37,894 nt of DNA, taken from Longimicrobiales bacterium. Lineage in GTDB: Bacteria > Gemmatimonadota > Gemmatimonadetes > Longimicrobiales > Gaopeijiaceae. A model generated the notes under the pieces. That model had not been told where the DNA came from, did not search any database, and saw only the letters and a program-made list of their open reading frames with translations. The position numbers and the translations under genes were made by a program. Positions 29,564 through 37,894 of this stretch are shown piece after piece. Each line of letters opens with the position of its first letter. Position 1 is the stretch's first letter. Location of the stretch: the NCBI GenBank assembly GCA_965197725.1, contig CBDANQ010000008.1:1-37894 (forward strand), written 5' to 3'.

Positions 29564-30136
29564 ATGAGGGCGCGAGCATACTGCGTGGGGGGTCCGCGAA
29601 TGGACCTGGACTGGATTTTCGATTGGGACATGGGGATGGGAGCTCGCCGAGGTGGCCGCCACCGCAAAGGCGGCCCCCGTCGGCGGTTCTTCCGTCAGGG
29701 TGAGGTGCGCATGGCGCTTCTCTCGCTCATCGCCGAGGAGCCTGCGCACGGCTATGAGCTGATGAAGCGGCTGGAAGAGCGCTCGGGCGGCATGTACAAG
29801 GCGAGCGCCGGTACAGTGTACCCGGTGCTACAACAGCTGGAGGACGAGGGCCTGATCAAGGTTCAGGAGGAAGACGGCAAGAAGGTGTACCACGTAACCG
29901 AGGCCGGTAAGGAAGAGTTGCAACTGCGCCAAGAGGACGTGGAGGGGATTTGGGAGCGGGCGCACGGGTGGAAGGACTGGGGTGCGCACATGGGGCCCGA
30001 GTCTGCCGAGATTTGGGGCAGTTGGGGTCGCTTGACGAAGGCGGCCTTTCGTGCCGCGGCGAAGTCCGACTTCGAGAATACGGAGAAGATCCGTGACATC
30101 CTCGAGCGCGCGCGAAAGGAGCTGAGGGAGCTGTAG
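29564..30136 (+). CDS. PadR-family transcriptional regulator
   Basis: G.VR.ALLSL..E.P.HGYELM..LEERSGG.Y..S.G.VYP.LQQLEDEGL; AGGAG SD before ATG 29564 (alternative start 29600). Confidence 0.93.
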   Translation: MRARAYCVGGPRMDLDWIFDWDMGMGARRGGRHRKGGPRRRFFRQGEVRMALLSLIAEEPAHGYELMKRLEERSGGMYKASAGTVYPVLQQLEDEGLIKVQEEDGKKVYHVTEAGKEELQLRQEDVEGIWERAHGWKDWGAHMGPESAEIWGSWGRLTKAAFRAAAKSDFENTEKIRDILERARKELREL

Positions 30137-30269
30137 GTTCTCCACGACCCTTGCCGCTGCGTGGCCGCCTCCGGATTCCGCCGGACGGACGGGTGCGACC
30201 GTAGCGGACGGTCCCCCTGCGCCTGGGGGCGCGGCGATGATCAACCACACCTGCCAGGGGGGCGCCACC

Positions 30270-30374
30270 ATGAGGGCAGTTCGGGTGAAGGAGCCTCTTC
30301 GGTTCGACGCCGCGCCCACCGAGCTCACCGAGGTCTGGATCGTCTTCGACGATGACAACGTCTACGTGGCTTGA
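30270..30374 (+). pseudogene. DUF5916/CBM9-like N-terminal remnant
   Basis: RAVRVKEPLRFD|AAPTELTEVWIVFDDDNVYVA aligns to RPIRLDTPPAIDG...APATEQTEVWVAYDSDHIYFA of the next gene, with an internal gap. Confidence 0.7.
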
Positions 30375-30481
30375 GTCGGACCCCCTGGAACTCTCGCGAT
30401 CGAGGGGCGGTTCCTTCCAATGAATGCCACCTTTAGAATAGGATCTCGGGTCCTTCCCATCGATTCGACTATAGGTTCAGC

Positions 30482-32851
30482 GTGGTACAATGCCATCTCG
30501 CGCCTCGCGCACAGCCGGGGCGTGCCGCCGGCGTCGCCTCGGCGTTTCTGGGTTTCCTGTTCTTTTCCGTTCCGACTGAAGCCCAGGTTCCCCAGGGACC
30601 TCAGAAACCACGAGCCGGTGATCCCGCGGCATCGCCGCCCGCCGTCTCCGTCCCGACGGACGTGGAACTCGGGCTCGTGGCTGGTCGCCCGAGAGTCCGC
30701 CCGATCCGTCTGGACACGCCTCCGGCTATCGACGGGCGCTTGGACGACGAGGCATGGCAGAGGGCTCCCATTCTAACGGAATTCGTCCAGCAGAGTCCAC
30801 TCGACGGGGCCCCGGCTACCGAGCAGACCGAGGTCTGGGTCGCGTACGATAGCGACCACATCTACTTCGCGGCCCACGTACATTACGAGGACCCCTCGAT
30901 CATGCGCGCCAACCGGGTGGACCGTGACCGGGCGTTCGCCGACGACCTCTTCACCGTCTACCTCGACACCTTCATGAACCAGCAGCGGGCCTACGACTTC
31001 GACGTGAACCCGTACAACGTGCAGGGCGACGGCATCCTGAACGCGGGTGGACGGGGCTCTGGGAGCCAGGCGATTCCCCGCGCCGACCGGTCGTGGGACG
31101 TGCTCTTCGACTCCGGCGCTCAGATCGTCGACGACGGATACACGGTCGAAATGGCCATCCCCTTCAAGAGCATCCGGTATCCGCGGCGGAGCGAGGGGGT
31201 CCCTCACCACTGGGGCTTCCAGATCGTGCGCGAGATAAAGGGGAAGGATGAGGAGAACATCGTGTGGGCGCCCATGTCGCGGGACGAGTCGAGCTTCTTC
31301 CAGCAGATGGGCGTCATCGAGGGAATGACGGACCTCTCGGTGGGCCGCAACCTCGAGATCCTTCCCTCGTTCACGGCGATCCAGTTCGGCGAGATCGATG
31401 CCGCCCGGCCCGGTGGGCCCGGCTTCGTCAATGAGGACACGGACCCCGATGCCGGCCTCAACCTGAAATACGGGATCACGTCTAACCTCACGCTCGACGC
31501 GACGATCAACCCCGACTTCTCGCAGATCGAGTCCGATCTTCCCCAGATCGAGGTCAACCAGCGCTTCCCCCTTTTCTTTGAGGAGCTCCGTCCTTTTTTC
31601 ATCGAGGGTGCCGACATCTTCGACATCTCGGCGCCCCTGGTGATGGTGCATTCACGCACCATCGTCGACCCCGATTTCGGAGCGAAGCTGACCGGGAAAG
31701 TGGGCAAGCTCAGCTTCGGCGCGCTGGTAGCCGACGATGCGGGTCCGGGCCGGGTCGGCGATCCCGCGGACCCGTTGTTCGAGCGGAAGGCGCAGACATA
31801 CGTCGGCCGTACGCGGTTCGATCTCTATTCGGAGTCTTTCATCGGCGCGATCTTCACGGACCGGGAGTTCATGAACAGCTACAGTCGGCTGGGTGGATCG
31901 GACGGGATCCTACGGCTCGATGCGACGCGCATACTGAACTACAATGTGATGGGGACGAGCCGGCGGGGTCTGGACGGGGTAGAGGAGACCGGCTTCATGT
32001 GGGACGTGCGGGTCCGGCAGAGGGCCCGCAACCTCAGCTGGAGCCTGCTCGCATATCAGGTATCGCCCGACTTCGAGACGGACGTCGGCTTTGTTCGCCG
32101 GAACGATCAACAGATTATGCGGGGTCAGGTCGGCTACCTCTTCTGGCCCGAGAGCACAGTGATCAACTGGGGTCCGGAGGTTCGCTACGAGCGGAACTGG
32201 GACTTCGACGACGTGCTGCAAGACGAGGACCTTCAGTTCACGCTGAACTTCAACCTCGCGAATAACATCAGTTTCAGCGGCGACTACAATCGTACGCTCG
32301 AGCGGTTCGGGGGCATCGACTTCGACAAGAACCGGTTCTCCGTACGGGCGAACGTGAATTCGAGCCGACGGTTTTCTTTTGGAGGCTCTGCTCAGGTCGG
32401 CGACGAGATCCGGTTCGATGACGATCCGTTCCTCGGCGACGCGGTGCGGTGGAACGTCTTCTCGACCCTCCGGCCGATCCCGCGGCTGACCTCGAACGTG
32501 AGGATCCAGACGAGTCGGCTCACGGATCCGCGGAACGGGAATCAGGAGGTCTTCGACGTGAAGATTTTGCGGGCGCAGACCACGCTGCAGCTGACCGACC
32601 GGCTCTCTCTGCGTAACATCTCCGAGTTCAACACCTTCGACGAGACGCTGGACCTCAACATCCTCTTCACCTATCGGGTGAACGCCGGCACGGTGTTCTA
32701 CGTCGGATACGACGATCACTACCGCCAGGCCGATCTCATCGGTGGAGACATCGACGGCGACGGGCTCAACGAGCAGCTCTTCTTCGAGAGCGACCTCCGC
32801 CGCACGAGCCGAGCGCTCTTCACGAAGTTCCGGTATCTGTTCCGAATGTAG
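30482..32851 (+). CDS. CBM9-like/DUF5916 outer-membrane protein
   Basis: IDGRLDDEAW, TEV...YD...Y, EMAIPFKSIRY, NPDFSQIESD, RF.LFFEE.RPFF.EG, beta-strand C-terminus K..Y.FRM; start uncertain. Confidence 0.85.
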   Translation: MVQCHLAPRAQPGRAAGVASAFLGFLFFSVPTEAQVPQGPQKPRAGDPAASPPAVSVPTDVELGLVAGRPRVRPIRLDTPPAIDGRLDDEAWQRAPILTEFVQQSPLDGAPATEQTEVWVAYDSDHIYFAAHVHYEDPSIMRANRVDRDRAFADDLFTVYLDTFMNQQRAYDFDVNPYNVQGDGILNAGGRGSGSQAIPRADRSWDVLFDSGAQIVDDGYTVEMAIPFKSIRYPRRSEGVPHHWGFQIVREIKGKDEENIVWAPMSRDESSFFQQMGVIEGMTDLSVGRNLEILPSFTAIQFGEIDAARPGGPGFVNEDTDPDAGLNLKYGITSNLTLDATINPDFSQIESDLPQIEVNQRFPLFFEELRPFFIEGADIFDISAPLVMVHSRTIVDPDFGAKLTGKVGKLSFGALVADDAGPGRVGDPADPLFERKAQTYVGRTRFDLYSESFIGAIFTDREFMNSYSRLGGSDGILRLDATRILNYNVMGTSRRGLDGVEETGFMWDVRVRQRARNLSWSLLAYQVSPDFETDVGFVRRNDQQIMRGQVGYLFWPESTVINWGPEVRYERNWDFDDVLQDEDLQFTLNFNLANNISFSGDYNRTLERFGGIDFDKNRFSVRANVNSSRRFSFGGSAQVGDEIRFDDDPFLGDAVRWNVFSTLRPIPRLTSNVRIQTSRLTDPRNGNQEVFDVKILRAQTTLQLTDRLSLRNISEFNTFDETLDLNILFTYRVNAGTVFYVGYDDHYRQADLIGGDIDGDGLNEQLFFESDLRRTSRALFTKFRYLFRM

Positions 32852-33045
32852 GGGCCGGACGAGCCTCGGTCCCGGTCTCGCGTCACGTAGGACGTAGGGT
32901 CCCGTCCCACACCGACCAGACCAGACCGTGGGCTTCTCGGACGATGTCTGGCGAGGGCCGAGCTGGGCGGGTACTTTGGCCGGCCACATCCCTTGGGTCC
33001 CTTGGAAGCCACAAAGAGTTACCGCTGGTCATTTAGGAGGCGCTG

Positions 33046-33684
33046 ATGAATTTATTGATAAGAGACATTGATGAGATGATCGAAGAAAGAAGTTTACTTA
33101 AACATCCATTTTATCAGATGTGGTCAGACGGAGAGCTTTCTCACGAATCACTTGCGGGTTATTCTCAAGAGTATTTTCAATTAGTCCAAGCCATACCCCA
33201 ATTTATGACTCCTATAATTGAGCAAGCTCCAGAATCGATTGTAAAAGAATTAGTTCACAATCGACAAGAAGAATCTGAACACATTCAACCATGGATTAAC
33301 TTTGCTGACTGCCTAGGAATTTCTCAACAAGAACTTGAGCAATATCCCGGTCTAATAAAAACGCAACAAGCAGTTTCACAATTAAAGTCTCTCATGTCTG
33401 ATTATGCAAGCGGTTCATGTGCGATGTACGCATTTGAAAAAGAGATTCCGAAGATCAGCCAAGTAAAACTAGAAGGTTTAGCGCGATTTTATGGTATTAC
33501 TACTGGCGGTGCGATAGAATACTTTAAGCTTCATACTGAAGCTGACATTAGACATGCTGCTGTATGGAGAGATATTCTAGAATCAGTATGGACGGATCAA
33601 GAAGAAGCACTTATCCAGGTTGCTGATGAATCAATGTCAGCTCAAAATCTATTGCTTGATAGTTGTTATGAAGCTTACTGTTGA
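33046..33684 (+). CDS. CADD/PqqC/TenA heme-oxygenase-like diiron protein (putative pABA synthase), low GC
   Basis: LLKHPFYQMWSDGEL, YSQEYF, EE..HI..W..FA..LG, YAFEKEIPKIS..KL.GL, YF..H.EADIRH; AGGAGG SD at 33035-33040. Confidence 0.88.
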   Translation: MNLLIRDIDEMIEERSLLKHPFYQMWSDGELSHESLAGYSQEYFQLVQAIPQFMTPIIEQAPESIVKELVHNRQEESEHIQPWINFADCLGISQQELEQYPGLIKTQQAVSQLKSLMSDYASGSCAMYAFEKEIPKISQVKLEGLARFYGITTGGAIEYFKLHTEADIRHAAVWRDILESVWTDQEEALIQVADESMSAQNLLLDSCYEAYC

Positions 33685-33887
33685 GTTCTGTAACAATTTT
33701 ATACTGAGGGTATTCGCCGGCCTGCAGCGGCTGGCCGGCTGCTGAAAGGGGAAACGTGGATACTGTGACTTCCGCGACGTGTGCGGAGGCAGTCGTGCGC
33801 GCGCCTGGGCTGTAACAGGGGATTACTTGGCCCCCGAGCCTTACCGCGGTCACATGCCGCAAGCTGGGCGGAACCGGGCGCTTCCCC

Positions 33888-34337
33888 TCAGCCGCCCGGC
33901 TTGATCCGGAATCCCCCGTCCTCCGTCCGCTCGCGAAACTCCTGGTGGCAGGCGAGGCACGTCGACCTCAGGTCACCGAACGCCTGATCCGCCCGCTCGC
34001 CGTCCTCTGCGTCACTCGCACTCAAAAGTGCGGCGGTCGCTGCGAGCGCTTGCTCGGTGCAGTCGACGGCGCTCTGAACCTCACGTGCCATCCAAAACGT
34101 CTGCACCTGCTGCAGCAGCGACCTTAGCGCAACCATATCGTTTCTGACGTCCCCCCAGTACTTGGCTTCGATATGGCCCTCCGCATCCCCCCTCACGTAG
34201 TTCATCTCCTCCATGGCGGCGGCGTAGTCCGCCTCGTTCAAGACCGCCTGCTGGCACTCGACCGACGAGCGAAACGCGCCCAGCATGAAGGCGACTGACA
34301 CGACGGAAAAGACGATGATTGGTCCGCGAGAACGCAT
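33888..34337 (-). CDS. Class II (c'-like) cytochrome c
   Basis: Signal peptide, helical body, CLACH near the C-terminus. Confidence 0.75.
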   Translation of the reverse strand: MRSRGPIIVFSVVSVAFMLGAFRSSVECQQAVLNEADYAAAMEEMNYVRGDAEGHIEAKYWGDVRNDMVALRSLLQQVQTFWMAREVQSAVDCTEQALAATAALLSASDAEDGERADQAFGDLRSTCLACHQEFRERTEDGGFRIKPGG

Positions 34338-34461
34338 GTGGGTCCCTCTCCCAAGGTCGAATGAACCAAAGATACGTAAGGACGGACGGTCCTCCGAGTG
34401 TAGGCAATGCATCTCGTCAGCGACAGAACGTCGGGTAACTCACCGAGTCCGCCACCGGGAA

Positions 34462-34700
34462 CTACAGCGCGGCGTGGCTGGAGCCATTCATCCGCATGAG
34501 GAGCAGAACACGCAGTACCTGGTCCCCGCTCATCCCTCGGGCACCCCACTCCGGATGGCGCACGCCCGCACCAGGTCTTGCTCGATGAGCCCCGCCATGC
34601 CACGATGATCGTCTAGGATGTGGCTCATCTTGGCCAGTTCCTCCGCGTGGCTGTGCTCGATCCAGAGCCGGTCCAGAGACATCTGCTCGCGACGGCGCAT
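34462..34700 (-). mobile_element. ISNCY-like transposase N-terminal fragment, frameshifted
   Basis: MRRREQMSL...H.HAEEL.KMS.ILD......IEQDLV / GARGMSGDQVLR..LL..MNG. Confidence 0.6.
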
Positions 34701-34851
34701 TCAGCGGTCTTCTGTGTGCCCGTAGGCTGTGATTCGACACCACCAATCTACGCGCTACGCATGGATACGAATTCCGCAAGGATGTGTCGTTACTCGTTGG
34801 GACCTACGCGGTTGTAACTTTCCGGATGGGAACTAACTAAGAGAGGAGAGC

Positions 34852-37176
34852 ATGGCGAGTACGCCCGCGCGCGGCGGCGTCCGATCGGCGCTTCTCCCTT
34901 GGCTCACCCTGCTGGTCGGTCTCCTGATTGCGACCGTCCAGCCGGCGTGGGCCCAGCCGAGCGAGGAAGGCCTGTCCCCTGGCGGCGCGCCGGATACAGC
35001 CAAGGTCATCGACCCGCGTTCGATGGACCCGCACGACTTTCGTGCCGTCGCCGTCCGCCTCCCCGAGGGCGTGGCGCTGCGCATCGACGGTCAGCTCGAC
35101 GACGACGCATGGCAGCTCGCCCCCGCCTTCGGAGGCTTCATCCAGCGCGAGCCCGAAGTCGGGGCGCCCTCCTCACACCGCACGGAGTTCCGGATCCTCT
35201 ACGACGACGCTCGGATGTATGTGGCCGTCTGGGCGTTCGAGCCCCATGAGGGTGGCGTGATCGCAAGCGAGATGTTGCGCGGTTCGGGCCTGCGCAAAGG
35301 AGATGCGGTCCGGGTCACGTTCGACACCTTCCACGACCACCGAAACCTGTTCTACTTCAGCACAAATCCCCTGGGCGCCTTCAAGGATGGATACGCGACC
35401 GACAACGGGCGTATGAACTTCGATTGGCAGGCCGTGTGGGACGTCAAGACTTCCGAGGACGAACAGGGTTGGTACTCGGAGTTCGAGATCCCGCTGAGCC
35501 AGATGCGCTTTCTGGATCAGCCCGGGGAGCAGATCTGGGGCGTCAACGTCATGCGCATGATCATGCACAGCAGAGAAGAATCCTCGTGGGTTCCGCTTCC
35601 GCGCGAATGGGGACGTGGGGCCATCGCCCGGGCCTCGGGCAGTGGGCTTCTGCTCGGGCTGGATGATCTCACGCATCGCCGTAGGCTCGAGCTCATTCCC
35701 TTCTTCGCCCCCGGGGTCACTCGCGATTTCGATGCCGGGACGCCGACGGACTGGAGAAGAGAGTTAGGCGGGGACTTGCGGATCGGTCTCACCCAGTCGC
35801 TCAACGCCGATCTCACCTACCGCACGGATTTCGCCCAGGTCGAGGCAGACCAGGAGATCGTCAACCTCAGCCGCTTCAGTCTCTTCTTCCCCGAGAAGCG
35901 GCAGTTCTTCATCGAAGGCGCAGGCACCTTCGACTATGGCGTCCGAGGGGGGGGCGGCGGCAGAGTTACCGGGGGGCTCCTGCCCATCTTCTACAGCCGC
36001 AGGATCGGGCTCAGCAGCGCTGGTCAACAGGTCCCGATTCTCGGGGGCGGGAGGGTGACCGGGAACCCGGGGTCGTATACGGTGGGCCTGCTCAACATGC
36101 AGACAGACGTCGCCCGCTATGCCGCCGGTGATTCGATCGTCGAGATCCCCCGGGCCAACTACACGGTCGCGCGGCTCAAGCGCAACGTGCTCAGCTCCTC
36201 GAGCGTGGGCGTCATCGCCGTCAACCGTCAGGGCATGGTGGGTGGGAGCGCCTACAACCGCAGCCTGGGCGTCGACGGCGTATTCACGCTGCCGAACAAC
36301 GTGCGGGTCGTCTCCCTGCTTGCCAAGACCTTCTCGCCCGGCATCGAGGACCGTGACATGGCCGGCGCGCTCACGATCGACTGGACGTCCGACCGCTTCG
36401 GCGTAAGGGGCGGCTACACCGACATCCAGGAGGACTTCACCGCCGAGGTGGGGTTCATCCGACGGGTCGACATCCGGAGCTCTAACCTCGGTGCGAGCTG
36501 GACACCGCGCCCGGGCTGGCTCGGCGTGCGCAATCTCTTGGTGGACGCCGACCTGGAGAACATCGACAACCACCAGGGGACACTGGAGTCACGCAAGAGC
36601 GAGCTAAGCCTCTCCCTGATGTGGAACGACGCATCCAACGTTCGTGCCGGCGTGTCCAACGAGTACGATCTGCTGGTTTCACCGTTCGATGTCGGACCCA
36701 ATGCCGTTGCCCCCGGAGCCTATTCTTTCAACATCGTCTCGACCAGCTTCGGCACGGACGACAGCAGGCGCGTTTACGGGGGCGGCGGAGCGGAGCTCGG
36801 AGAATACTATGGCGGGAGCAGACGCACCCTGACCGCGAATCTGAACTTCCTGGCGCAGGCAACCCTCCTCTTCGAGAACGACTACACGCGCAACCGGATC
36901 GCCCTGCCGAACAGCCCGACGTACGTCACGAACACGCTCAACACGCGCGTCACCTATTCGATATCGCCGACCCTGTTCCTTAAGGCGTTCGTGCAGTACA
37001 ACGACGAGAGGAAGCTGACCAACCTGAACCTGCTGCTCTGGTCGATCTACCGACCCGGCAGCGATCTGTACATCGTATACAACCAAGGGTGGGAAATCGG
37101 CCTGCCCGGCCCCGACGGACCGCGCGTGCGGGGCCGTTCCCTGGCGATCAAGTTTACATACTGGCTGTCCCGTTAG
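34852..37176 (+). CDS. CBM9-like/DUF5916 outer-membrane protein
   Basis: Signal peptide, IDGQLDDDAW, DTFHD.RN, EFEIP, TDFAQVEADQE.VNL.RFSLFFPEKR.FF.EG; GAGGAG SD. Confidence 0.88.
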   Translation: MASTPARGGVRSALLPWLTLLVGLLIATVQPAWAQPSEEGLSPGGAPDTAKVIDPRSMDPHDFRAVAVRLPEGVALRIDGQLDDDAWQLAPAFGGFIQREPEVGAPSSHRTEFRILYDDARMYVAVWAFEPHEGGVIASEMLRGSGLRKGDAVRVTFDTFHDHRNLFYFSTNPLGAFKDGYATDNGRMNFDWQAVWDVKTSEDEQGWYSEFEIPLSQMRFLDQPGEQIWGVNVMRMIMHSREESSWVPLPREWGRGAIARASGSGLLLGLDDLTHRRRLELIPFFAPGVTRDFDAGTPTDWRRELGGDLRIGLTQSLNADLTYRTDFAQVEADQEIVNLSRFSLFFPEKRQFFIEGAGTFDYGVRGGGGGRVTGGLLPIFYSRRIGLSSAGQQVPILGGGRVTGNPGSYTVGLLNMQTDVARYAAGDSIVEIPRANYTVARLKRNVLSSSSVGVIAVNRQGMVGGSAYNRSLGVDGVFTLPNNVRVVSLLAKTFSPGIEDRDMAGALTIDWTSDRFGVRGGYTDIQEDFTAEVGFIRRVDIRSSNLGASWTPRPGWLGVRNLLVDADLENIDNHQGTLESRKSELSLSLMWNDASNVRAGVSNEYDLLVSPFDVGPNAVAPGAYSFNIVSTSFGTDDSRRVYGGGGAELGEYYGGSRRTLTANLNFLAQATLLFENDYTRNRIALPNSPTYVTNTLNTRVTYSISPTLFLKAFVQYNDERKLTNLNLLLWSIYRPGSDLYIVYNQGWEIGLPGPDGPRVRGRSLAIKFTYWLSR

Positions 37177-37303
37177 GGGGGGCGGGCTCCGCCCCGAGAC
37201 CTTTGGGACTGGTTGGAAGCGTGGATCTAGCCAAGTCGGGCGGGCATCTGTGTCGTAACCCGCGGGCCACGAGACGCCGCTAGATAGATAGGCGTGTTGT
37301 CCG

Positions 37304-37894
37304 TCACAAACGAAAGAGGCGGGTGAACTTGACGACGAGGGCCCGGTTCGACAGCTGGGAGAACCGATCGAAGACATCGGTATCCCGTTCCGACGTATAG
37401 ACGACAAACAGCTCACTACCGGGCCGGTACTCCCATCGCAGGCGCAGATTGGTGCTGAAGGTGTCGTCGCTCGAATTGTACTGCACGAGCCCGCCCACGA
37501 ACATGCGCGGCGTAAAGCTATAGTTGACGCGAGCGATCGCGAGGTGCGTGTTGAAGTTGCCTTCGGGCAGCTCCACCCAGTTGAGCGAGACACTGGGCTC
37601 GAGGGAGAGTCGCGGTGTCAGTCCGATCCGACCACGCTCGAAACCCACCGACGTTCGGTCACCGTCGAAGAAGCTTCCCGCTGCACCTTCAGGTTCCCCG
37701 CATACCAGCGATGTAGCCCGAAGGTGTAACCGACCTGCACGTCCTGGTACGCATAGCGGCCGGGCGTGACGATGACGTCGGGACTGATGCGGAAGGGTTG
37801 CTCCAGGAACTCGTAGGTGTAGGTGAAGGTCACATCGAACTCGTCACTGTTCTCGAACTCGATCCCGAACTGCCCCTCTCGCTGTCGAGTCTCG
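37304..37894 (-). CDS. DUF5916 protein C-terminus (partial at window edge; 1-nt frameshift near 37678)
   Basis: YEFLEQPF.I...GRY.Y / FFDG.R / LVQYNS...STNLRLRWEYRPGSELFVVY...NRALVVKFTRLFRL. Confidence 0.8.

Noticed and set aside
32920..32931. ACCAGACCGTGG matching the IS1182 left junction, upstream of the CADD gene
   Set aside because: Only 12 bp, with no matching right end or TSD after the gene.
33755..33815. ZMP/ZTP riboswitch-like ending CGCCTGGGC near the folate-related gene
   Set aside because: It lacks the GACTGGCG pseudoknot partner and lies downstream of the gene.

Overview
GC-rich (about 65% by eye) bacterial chromosome segment. The gene mix (PIG-L, M14 peptidase, several DUF5916 outer-membrane proteins, TonB receptor) suggests Gemmatimonadota, but that is inference. 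Family calls come from recognising motifs by eye; no searches were run. 1-3366 is a mobile-DNA remnant: a 5'-truncated group II intron, an ApeA-like HEPN gene and a mobC/relaxase remnant, ending at a truncated PIG-L gene. 5730-13387 is an IS-rich island (IS256, IS6, IS3, IS5 and IS1182 pieces) that truncates a TonB receptor and carries intact ispH and squalene-synthase-like genes between directly repeated IS6 ends. 13384-30136 is mostly backbone: alpha-oxoamine synthase plus ADC-fold gene, ArsM-like methyltransferase, DUF3127, M14 peptidase, an IS1182-interrupted outer-membrane gene, GHMP kinase-menH-MFS-GspG-like genes, Fpg/Nei and PadR. 30270-37894 holds three DUF5916 paralogs plus a fragment, a cytochrome c'-like gene, and a sharply AT-rich CADD/TenA-fold gene that resembles Nitrosopumilus-type archaeal proteins (candidate inter-domain transfer). 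No rRNA, tRNA or CRISPR array was seen.
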